Assembly (NCBI GenBank): GCA_040386535.1
Contig: JAZKFH010000013.1
Span: 320,928-384,927 of the forward strand
Direction of reading: 5' to 3'
Source: Myxococcota bacterium
GTDB taxonomy: Bacteria > Myxococcota_A > UBA796 > SXON01
DNA length: 64,000 nt
Positions 36,548-43,937 of the stretch are shown here, one piece after another. A model generated the notes under the pieces. It was given only the letters and a program-made list of their open reading frames with translations. It did no database searches and had not been told where the DNA came from. Made by a program: the position numbers and the translations under genes. How positions within the stretch are numbered: position 1 is the first letter of the stretch; every line of letters starts with the position of its first letter.

Positions 36548-37794
36548 TCGACGGCGCGTTCAAGGGGCTCCCGCCGCTCCTCCCGCCGACACCGATCGCG
36601 GAGGTGGGCGCGCTGGGGTGGAGCTTGCTGGACGACTCGCTGCCGGCCGTGGTCGCGGTGCTCCGGGTCGACGCGTTGACGCACAACCGGGCGTGGATGC
36701 GTGCGTTCCTCGCCCGCACCGGCGCCGTGCTCGCGCCGCACGCCAAGACGACGATGAGCCCGGCGTTGTTCGCGCTCCAGGTGGAGGACGGCGCGTGGGG
36801 CCTCACGGTCGCGACCGTGCACCAGGCCGAGGTGGCGCGGCGGGCCGGCGTGCGGCGCCTCGTGCTCGCCAACGAGCTGGTGACGGGCCCGGAGCTCGCG
36901 TGGTTGGTGCGCGTGCTCGCGGAGGATCCAGGCCTGGAGATCCACCCGCTCGTGGACAGCGTCGAGGGGGTCACCCGCCTTGCGCACGCCGCCACGGCGC
37001 TCGATCGCCCGATCGCCGCGCTGGTGGAGATCGGCTGGGCGGGCGGACGCGCCGGGTGCCGGTCGACGGAGGAGGGGATGCGGGTGGCGCGCGCGGTCGC
37101 GGCGTCCCCGTCGCTCACGCTGCGGGGGGTCGAGGCGTACGAGGGGCTCATCACCGCGCCTGACCCGGAGGTGCGCGAGGCGCGGGTGCGCGCGTTCCTC
37201 GACACCGTGTGCGCCGTGGCCGAGGGCTGCCTCGCCGAGGGGCTGTTCGCGCCGGGCACGCCGCTGCTCACCGCGGGAGGCTCCACCTTCCTCGATCTCG
37301 TGGCGGGCCGCTTCGCCCCGCTCGCGAGCCACTTCGTGCCGCTGTTGCGGAGCGGTTGTTACCTCACCGGCGACCACGGGATCTACGCCGCCGCCATGGC
37401 CCGCCTGCACGCGCGCGACCCGTCCCTGGTCACGCTCGGCGGCCTCGAGCCGGCGCTGGAGGTGTGGGCGACCGTGCTCTCCCGGCCCGAGCCGGAGCGG
37501 ATCATCGTGGCGGCGGGCAAGCGGGACATCGGCATCGACGCGGGCTTCCCGGTGCCGATCCGCACCGCGCGCCCCCACGAGGGGCCTCCCACCGCGCTCG
37601 TGGACGCCCGGGTGGTGGAGGTGAACGACCAGCACACGCACCTCGTCGTGCCCGCCACCAGCCCCCTGCGCGTCGGGGATCGCGTGGCGCTCGGGATCAC
37701 CCACCCGTGCACCACCTTCGACCGGTGGTCGGTGCTCCTGTGTGTCGATGCGGCGTGGCACGTGGTGGGCGCCGTGCGGACGTATTTCGGGTAG
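36544..37794 (+). CDS. PLP-dependent D-amino acid deaminase/D-serine dehydratase-like protein (alanine racemase fold)
   Basis: LAPHAKTTMSP (PLP Lys), ANELV, GRAGCR, EAYEG, TAGGS, RSGCY, GKRD, NDQH, HPCTTFDRW, RTYF. Start uncertain (CTG 36544 or GTG 36604). Confidence 0.88.
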   Translation: MIDGAFKGLPPLLPPTPIAEVGALGWSLLDDSLPAVVAVLRVDALTHNRAWMRAFLARTGAVLAPHAKTTMSPALFALQVEDGAWGLTVATVHQAEVARRAGVRRLVLANELVTGPELAWLVRVLAEDPGLEIHPLVDSVEGVTRLAHAATALDRPIAALVEIGWAGGRAGCRSTEEGMRVARAVAASPSLTLRGVEAYEGLITAPDPEVREARVRAFLDTVCAVAEGCLAEGLFAPGTPLLTAGGSTFLDLVAGRFAPLASHFVPLLRSGCYLTGDHGIYAAAMARLHARDPSLVTLGGLEPALEVWATVLSRPEPERIIVAAGKRDIGIDAGFPVPIRTARPHEGPPTALVDARVVEVNDQHTHLVVPATSPLRVGDRVALGITHPCTTFDRWSVLLCVDAAWHVVGAVRTYFG

Positions 37795-37819
37795 TGCGGC
37801 ACGGCGTTAGGAGCCGCGG

Positions 37820-38287
37820 ATGGCAACCCTGGTCGAGGCCATCGCCGTCTCCCTCGCGCCGGGCATCGGCCTGAACGCCGTCATCTTCTACAACACGAGC
37901 CTGCAGAACCGGTTCATCTACATCACGGGCCGCACGCGGGAGGTCAACCGGGAGGCGCGCACCCTTCGCGATGCCACCGATCCCCTCGGGCGCGAGCGGC
38001 TCGCGAGCCTGCGCTACCAGGTCGACCTGTTGAGCCGGCGCAGCCAGATCGTGCGTCGCTCGATCCTGGTGGTGTACATCGCGCTGATCGGCCTCGTGCT
38101 CACGATCCTCGAGCTGCTCGTGCTCGCGGCGGCGAGCATCCCGGGGCTCGAGTTCGCCTCGCTCCTCACGTTCGGCGCGGCGCTCGTGGCGATGTCGATC
38201 GCGACGATGCTCTCGTGGTCCGAGACCTACCTGTCCCAGCGCACGATCCTCGAGGACATCCGGACGAGCTTCCCGCCGCCTACGTGA
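37820..38287 (+). CDS. DUF2721-like membrane protein
   Basis: AGGAG upstream; hydrophobic N-terminus with AP, NR...I..R.R, L.RR..I.R.SI, two further transmembrane segments. Confidence 0.7.
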   Translation: MATLVEAIAVSLAPGIGLNAVIFYNTSLQNRFIYITGRTREVNREARTLRDATDPLGRERLASLRYQVDLLSRRSQIVRRSILVVYIALIGLVLTILELLVLAAASIPGLEFASLLTFGAALVAMSIATMLSWSETYLSQRTILEDIRTSFPPPT

Positions 38288-38329
38288 CCTCGCCGCCTAC
38301 GTGACCTCGGCCCCTACGTGACCTCGGCC
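38274..38329. repeat. 17-bp tandem repeat x3.3 at a convergent gene junction
   Basis: cgccgcctacgtgacct at 38274 and 38291; cggcccctacgtgacct at 38308. Confidence 0.92.
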
Positions 38330-38790
38330 GGAGTCCCCCGCCGCTCGTGCCACATCCGCGCCAGCGCGAGGTCGACCGACCAGGCGCCCGCCCCCTCCAC
38401 GAGCACGAGCCCGGCGAGCGCGAGCGCGAGGAGGTGGTACTCGAAGCCCTCGCCGGCGGCCTGCCCACCCCAGTTCATGAAGAACCCGTTCGGCAGGTGC
38501 ACCATGAACACGGCGCCCGCCATGACCGCGACGATGCCGGCGGCGGCGATGCGGGCGAAGGCGCCGACGATCAGGCCGAGGCCGCCCAACGACTCGGCGA
38601 GGATGACGAGCACCGCCATCCACGCGGGGATCCCCATCCCAACGGTGAACGACTCCATCGTGGCGTCGTACCCTGGGCCGCCGAACCAACCGAAGAGCTT
38701 CTGCGCGCCGTGGGCGAACATCACGATGCCGAGCACGACGCGGCACACGAAGAGCGCGCCGCTGGGGCGGGTGTCGAACAGGGTGTCCAT
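38314..38790 (-). CDS. DoxX family membrane protein
   Basis: RVVLGIVMFAHGAQKLFGWFGGPG, AESLGGLGL, HLPNGFFMNW, GEGFEYHLL, GAGAWSVD. Confidence 0.95.
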   Translation of the reverse strand: MDTLFDTRPSGALFVCRVVLGIVMFAHGAQKLFGWFGGPGYDATMESFTVGMGIPAWMAVLVILAESLGGLGLIVGAFARIAAAGIVAVMAGAVFMVHLPNGFFMNWGGQAAGEGFEYHLLALALAGLVLVEGAGAWSVDLALARMWHERRGTPAEVT

Positions 38791-38933
38791 GGGCGCTCCC
38801 TGAAGGAACGCTGGCGACGGGACGGCGGGTGACAAGGGGCTTCCACGCCGGTAACCGTCACGTGACAGTCCGGGTGACACACTCGATACAGGTCGAGGCG
38901 CCCCAATCCTCGCCGAGCGTCGCCGGGCCCGCG

Positions 38934-39120
38934 CCGGTGTGCGCGGCGTCTGGGCCGTTGGTGTCCGTGTTGCTCTCGAGGTTGTCGTGGGTACGACCGG
39001 CCACCCTGAACGGGCGCCCCGCCAGCGAATAAACGCCGTTGTCGAACGACAAAGGCCGGGCGCCCTCGTCCCGATGCGCACGAGGTCACTCGCGGGGGCC
39101 CGGACATTGGCGCACACCGG
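38934..39120. ncRNA. Structured ~187-nt RNA, candidate 6S RNA (strand unresolved)
   Basis: Terminal arms ccggtgtgcgc (38934-44) and gcgcacaccgg (39110-20) pair perfectly; gtctgggcc/ggcccggac extends the stem. Size and rod shape fit 6S. No convincing ORF in this intergenic gap. Confidence 0.5.
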
Positions 39121-39160
39121 GCGGCGCTGCCACGCGGAAGATCGGTTAAGCTCCGGCGCC

Positions 39161-39976
39161 ATGTACGCTGTCGTCCAGTACAAACCACGCCGTGGGGCCC
39201 GCAACTCCAACCTTGCTGGGCTGGCTACCCTGGCGGCGCAGGCGCTGCAAGGGGGAGCGAAGGTGCTGGTCCTGCCCGAGATGGCGGCCACCGGCTATCG
39301 CTTCCCGAACCCCGAGGCCATCCGGCCGATGTCGGAGGCGCCGCGGGGGCCCACGTTCCGCACGTTCGCCCCGCTCGCGCGCCAGTACAAGGCGCACGTG
39401 GTGGTCGGCTTCGTCGAGGATCACGAGGGCCGCCTGTTCAACTCGGCGCTGGTCATCAACGCCGAGGGCCGGCTCGAGGCGCTCTACCGCAAGCGCCTCC
39501 TGTACATCGACGATCACACCTGGGCGAGCCCCGGCGACCTGCCGTACCCGCAGTTCACCACCCCCTACGGCACCGCCACGGTGGGGATCTGCATGGACAT
39601 CAACGATCCCCGCTTCATCACGCACATCCGCCGCACGCGGCCGGACATCGTGTGTTTCCCCACCAACTGGGTGGACGAGGGGATCGACATCCAGAAGTAC
39701 TGGGCCACCCAGCTGCGTGGGTGGAACGGCACGCTGGTCGCGGCCGACCGGTGGGGAGAAGAGGACGGCGTCGGTTTTGCCGGGCGGTCCGCGGTCATGC
39801 GGCGCGGCGAGACCATCGTGAGCGGCCCCGCCGAGGGGGACGGCTGGTGGGCCGCGCCCTTCGTGAAGGAGCCCGCGGCGGCCGCGGTACCCAAGAAGGA
39901 GGTGGCGGTCGTGGCCGCCACACCGGAGGAGGCGCCCGCGCCGACCCCCCCTGCCCGCACGTCCGAGGCGGAGTAA
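39161..39976 (+). CDS. Carbon-nitrogen hydrolase (nitrilase superfamily), Nta1-like amidase
   Basis: Glu-Lys-Cys triad: VLPEMAATGY, YRKRLLY, GICMDIN; TAAGCT-N8-ATG. Confidence 0.9.
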   Translation: MYAVVQYKPRRGARNSNLAGLATLAAQALQGGAKVLVLPEMAATGYRFPNPEAIRPMSEAPRGPTFRTFAPLARQYKAHVVVGFVEDHEGRLFNSALVINAEGRLEALYRKRLLYIDDHTWASPGDLPYPQFTTPYGTATVGICMDINDPRFITHIRRTRPDIVCFPTNWVDEGIDIQKYWATQLRGWNGTLVAADRWGEEDGVGFAGRSAVMRRGETIVSGPAEGDGWWAAPFVKEPAAAAVPKKEVAVVAATPEEAPAPTPPARTSEAE

Positions 39977-40018
39977 GGGTAGACCAGCAACGGCCGACGC
40001 ACCTCGACGAGCTTGCAA

Positions 40019-41161
40019 ATGGGCCCGTTCACCTTCCTGTTCGTCTTCTCGTTGTTCGCCATCGCCGTGAAGATGGCGCAACGCTCGCAGAACAAGTGGC
40101 TGTACTCCTCCACCGCGGAAGCGTTGGGGATGACCTACTTTCCCGGCGGCATGTTGAGCGCCCCGGTCCTCCAGGGCGTGCACGACCGCACGGCGGTGCG
40201 CATCGAGTACCTCACGCGCTCCGAGGGCAAGAAGCAGAAGCCCTACACGAAGATCGTCGCGGTCGGCGTCGCGCCGGGCCTGCGGTTCGAGGGCGAGGGC
40301 TTCGGGATCCTCAAGGTCTTCACGGGGGCCGACCACGCCACGGGGGACGAGGGGTTCGACCGTGCCGTCCTGGTGCGGGGCGAGGTCGCGCTGCTCCAGG
40401 CGCTCCTCGACCAGGACACACGGCGCGCCCTCCAGCGCGCGATCGCCGACCACAAGGTGGTCGTGAACGACGAGAGCGTGGTCGTCGAGCTCGAGACGCA
40501 CGAGAACGGGATCGATCTCGTCCAGGCGATGTTGCGCACGGTGGCGGGCCTCGCGCAGCGCCTCGGGGACCCCGGCCAGCAGGGCCTCGCGGCGAAGCTC
40601 GCCCGCAACGTCCGGTCCGACCAGGAGCCGCTCGTTCGGCTCGCGTGCCTGCGCGCGCTGGCGGACGATCACGGGGGGCCGGCGGCGGCGGCCGCGGCAC
40701 AGGGCGCGCTCGACGATGACGACGCCCGGGTCGCGCTCCTGGCCGCCCGCATCCGCGGGGAGACCGCGCGGTTCGAGGCCGCCTCGGTCGAGGCGCTCCG
40801 CGCGTACGCCCCGCACGACCCCGACGGGCTCGCGCGCACGCTGGTGAAGCTCGGCGATCCGGAGCCCTTGATGGCGCTGCTCGAGCTGCAGGACTCCGCC
40901 GTGCGGGTCGCCGCGCTTCACGGGCTCGCGCGCATCGGGACGCCCGATCACGTGCTCACGATCCTGCCGCTCTCGAAGGGGCTGTTCGGCGACGACGCGG
41001 TGAAGACGGCCGCGCGCGGCGCGGTCGAGAGCATCCAGGCGCGTGTCGGCGCGGGCGCGGGCGGCCGGGTCACGTTGGCGGAGGCCGGCGGCGAGGTGTC
41101 CCTGGCGGCCGAGCCGGGCCGGGTCTCCGTCGTGACTCCGCGCGGGCGCGAGCGCGAGTAG
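40019..41161 (+). CDS. Membrane-anchored HEAT-repeat protein
   Basis: N-terminal hydrophobic segment; D.EPLVRLACLRAL, DDDARVALLAA, DSAVRVAALHGLARIG helical repeats. Confidence 0.75.
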   Translation: MGPFTFLFVFSLFAIAVKMAQRSQNKWLYSSTAEALGMTYFPGGMLSAPVLQGVHDRTAVRIEYLTRSEGKKQKPYTKIVAVGVAPGLRFEGEGFGILKVFTGADHATGDEGFDRAVLVRGEVALLQALLDQDTRRALQRAIADHKVVVNDESVVVELETHENGIDLVQAMLRTVAGLAQRLGDPGQQGLAAKLARNVRSDQEPLVRLACLRALADDHGGPAAAAAAQGALDDDDARVALLAARIRGETARFEAASVEALRAYAPHDPDGLARTLVKLGDPEPLMALLELQDSAVRVAALHGLARIGTPDHVLTILPLSKGLFGDDAVKTAARGAVESIQARVGAGAGGRVTLAEAGGEVSLAAEPGRVSVVTPRGRERE

Positions 41162-42277
41162 CTACCGCCCGCCGAAGTCCTTCTCCTTCGCGTACCGCGC
41201 GATCTGATCGACGTAGTCGAACACCGAGGGCGCCCGGTCCGTACCGAGGAGCGGCCCGAGGTGGCGCCTCAGGTTCGTCGTGTCGAACAGCGGGTTGCCG
41301 CGGAAGTAGGGGAGGTAGGCCGAACCGCCGCGGAGGATGCGGCGGCCGCGCTTCGTGAGCGAGAGCGGGCCGCGGATCACCGGGCGGACCCAGCGCAGGT
41401 AGAAGTCGGGGTCGATGGTGCGGAGCGGCGGGCGGTCGAGCAGCTCCGCGAAGCGGGCGGCGAGCGCGTCCACGCGCGGGGCGTCGTCTCCCGCTGCGAG
41501 GTGGAAGCAGGAGCCGATCGTGCTCGGGTCACGACGCAGGGCGACCAGGGCGTCGGCGACGAAGTCGACCGGCACGATGTCGACGAGGGTGTCCGCGCGC
41601 CCCGGGAACAGCCGCCACCAGCCCCGTGCGTAGAGCATCAGCGGCCAGTACAGGACGTTGAAGGACTCGGTGGCGCCGGTCCGGCTGTCCCCCACGATGA
41701 TCGACGGGCGGTGGATCGTGACGGGCAGCCCCTCCGCGATCGCGGCGCGCACGTGGCCCTCGGCCTGGCACTTCGACCACTCGTAGCTGTTGCGGAAGCC
41801 CTGGCCGACGTCGGCCTCCGTCTCGAGCACCCGCCCGGTGCGATCGCCCGCGACGTACGCGGTGCTGACGTGGTCGTGGCGGGCCAGGCGGCCGCGATCG
41901 GCGAGGCGCCGCGCCAGGGTCAGCATCGCGAGCGTGCTGTCCACGTTCTCGCCGGCCGCCTTGTCCTGGGGCATGTCGAAGCGCACGGAGGCCGCCGAGT
42001 GGATCAGCGAGGTGACCTCGGCGTCCACGCGGCCGTGGTCCCGCTCGGAGAGGCCGAGGCCCGGCGCCGACACGTCTCCCCGCACCACGTCGAGCCGCTC
42101 GGGATCGACGCCGGGGACCCGCGCGCGGAGCGCATCGCGCCGCTCGGCGAGGTGGGCGTCGTCCTTCGCGCGCACCAACGCGAGCACGCGCATGGCGGGA
42201 TCGGCGAGCAGGCGGGGGAGGAGCGCGGTGCCGACGTGGCCCGTGGCCCCCGTCAGCAGGATGGCGCCGGTGGTCAC
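41162..42277 (-). CDS. Extended SDR, fatty acyl-CoA/thioester reductase-like (NAD_binding_4)
   Basis: LTGATGHVG, IHSAASVRF, HVSTAYVAG, FRNSYEWSK (YxxxK), RPSIIVGDS.TG, DIVPVDFVA. Confidence 0.92.
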   Translation of the reverse strand: MTTGAILLTGATGHVGTALLPRLLADPAMRVLALVRAKDDAHLAERRDALRARVPGVDPERLDVVRGDVSAPGLGLSERDHGRVDAEVTSLIHSAASVRFDMPQDKAAGENVDSTLAMLTLARRLADRGRLARHDHVSTAYVAGDRTGRVLETEADVGQGFRNSYEWSKCQAEGHVRAAIAEGLPVTIHRPSIIVGDSRTGATESFNVLYWPLMLYARGWWRLFPGRADTLVDIVPVDFVADALVALRRDPSTIGSCFHLAAGDDAPRVDALAARFAELLDRPPLRTIDPDFYLRWVRPVIRGPLSLTKRGRRILRGGSAYLPYFRGNPLFDTTNLRRHLGPLLGTDRAPSVFDYVDQIARYAKEKDFGGR

Positions 42278-43299
42278 CCGGTGCGGCGGCGGCGGAGCCC
42301 GGCGGCGGCCGCCACGAGGAGGCCGAGCGCGCCGAAGGTCCGGGTGGAACCGGGAACGGTGGCGCAGCCGACCAGCTTCAGGTCGTCCATCATCGCGTCG
42401 TGGAGCTTGCCGTCCGGCACGTCTCCGAACAGGCCGCCGCGGGGCGCCTGCATCGGCGTCCAGTCGTCCACACAGTCGTCCCCGACGAGCCAGCTGCCCT
42501 CTTCCGGGAAGGTGCCGGCAGCGCCGGACTCCGTTTCCCAGTAGACGTACCAGCCCTTGCAGCTGCCCGCGGCGTCCGCGGTGATCGCGTAGATGCCGAG
42601 GTCCGGGGCGCCGAAGGAGAGCGCCATGTCCGTGGGCACGCCCTCGAGGACCACCTGGAGCGTGACCGGGGCGCCGCTCTCGCCGGCGCTCGGGCCCCAG
42701 TCGGCCCAGAAGGTCCCGCTGCCGTCATCCACCGCCATGCGCACGGGCGGATCGCCTTCTCCGAGGGTGCCCGCCGCGAAGTCCTGCGTGAGGTAGGAGC
42801 CCGACACGCCGGGGCCCATCTCGTTGTAGTCGGCCGCCATGATGTTCGAGCGGTGGCCGGAGGAGCACATCCACATGCTCATCACGGCGAACCGCGCGTC
42901 CGTCACGCCCATGGCGATGTTCTCGCCGATGTACCCGGTCTCGGTGTAGTACCGGGCGACGCGGGTGCCGAAGTCCTCGTTCGAGCCGTCACAACTCTCG
43001 TGCTGGAAGCACTCGTTCTCCTCCATCTGCTCCGAGTGCCAGCGCGACACCTCGGTCAGATCGAGGTCGATGTACAAGGGCGACTTCGGGATCTGCTCGG
43101 AGTCCTCGAAGTCGTCGAACCCGCAGCCAGCGGCCGAGTACTCGTTCTCGAACTCCTCCGGCGCGACCCGCGCGGCGTTGGTCCACAGCTGGAGCTGGCG
43201 CTCCGCCTTGGAAGGAAAACCGTCGACCGGGACGCCGTAGGCGCCGCCGCCGTTGCTGGCGGCCACCGTGGCGAGGAGCGCGAGCGACACGAGTTCCAT
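42274..43299 (-). CDS. CAP (SCP) domain secreted protein with MYXO-CTERM-like tail
   Basis: Signal peptide; TNAAR, HSEQM...CFQH, GENIAMG, WMCSSGHRSNIM, TQDF; tail GCATVPG...GLLVAAAAGLRRRR. Confidence 0.9.
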   Translation of the reverse strand: MELVSLALLATVAASNGGGAYGVPVDGFPSKAERQLQLWTNAARVAPEEFENEYSAAGCGFDDFEDSEQIPKSPLYIDLDLTEVSRWHSEQMEENECFQHESCDGSNEDFGTRVARYYTETGYIGENIAMGVTDARFAVMSMWMCSSGHRSNIMAADYNEMGPGVSGSYLTQDFAAGTLGEGDPPVRMAVDDGSGTFWADWGPSAGESGAPVTLQVVLEGVPTDMALSFGAPDLGIYAITADAAGSCKGWYVYWETESGAAGTFPEEGSWLVGDDCVDDWTPMQAPRGGLFGDVPDGKLHDAMMDDLKLVGCATVPGSTRTFGALGLLVAAAAGLRRRRTG

Positions 43300-43301
43300 G
43301 A

Positions 43302-43790
43302 TCAGGCTCCCGAGAGGTGACGGCGGATGACCTCGTAGCTGCGCTCGTAGCTGCGCTCGAGCTGCTCGAGCACGACCTTCTCGATGGCGCCACCCACGAG
43401 GGGGATGGACACCTTGATCTCGCCCTCGATGATGCGCTCGCAGCCGTCGGGCGCGGGGATCACGCGGGAGGTGCCCTCGCAGCGCACCTTGTCGGGGATC
43501 ACGTCGGAGAGGACCTTCCACGTGGTGGTCATCGTGTCGTCGTCCGCCTCGACGATCTGCACGTAGGAGAAGCGGCTGGTGCCGAGCGCGCGCTGGGCGA
43601 GGGCCGGGAGCTCCTTGCGGGGGGAGACCCGAAGCTCGTCGTACGTGCGGGAGCCGTCCCGGCGGCGCTCGATCACCTCGACGTCGATATCGCTGGCGGC
43701 CGCGATCTTCTCGTCGAGCTCGGGCTCCCGCGTGCCGTCCCAGTACACCCGGGGGGAGACCGCGAAGTGATGAGAGATGCGGATCTGCAT
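43302..43790 (-). CDS. DUF2505/SRPBCC (START-like) protein
   Basis: I.H.F...P..YW; ..R.I.GEIKVSIPLVGGAIEK; TACCCT-N8-ATG. Confidence 0.75.
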   Translation of the reverse strand: MQIRISHHFAVSPRVYWDGTREPELDEKIAAASDIDVEVIERRRDGSRTYDELRVSPRKELPALAQRALGTSRFSYVQIVEADDDTMTTTWKVLSDVIPDKVRCEGTSRVIPAPDGCERIIEGEIKVSIPLVGGAIEKVVLEQLERSYERSYEVIRRHLSGA

Positions 43791-43937
43791 GGGGCGGAAG
43801 GGTACGGCCCACTTCGCGCTTCGGCAACCATGGCGCTGTCAAGGTTCTGCAACCCGTGTGGGACGGGCGTGTGGGGGGACGGCGCGCGCCTGTGAACGCC
43901 GTGGTTCGGTTAGGATGCGCGCTCGCCTCGAGGCCCC

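Noticed and set aside
38858..39052. 64-aa minus-strand ORF across the structured region
   Set aside because: TTG start without a clear initiation signal, no recognisable motif; better explained as overlap with a structured RNA.
39020..39060. tmRNA tag-like 'aataaacgcc...aacgacaa'
   Set aside because: No in-frame ANDN...ALAA-stop tag and no tRNA-like ends.
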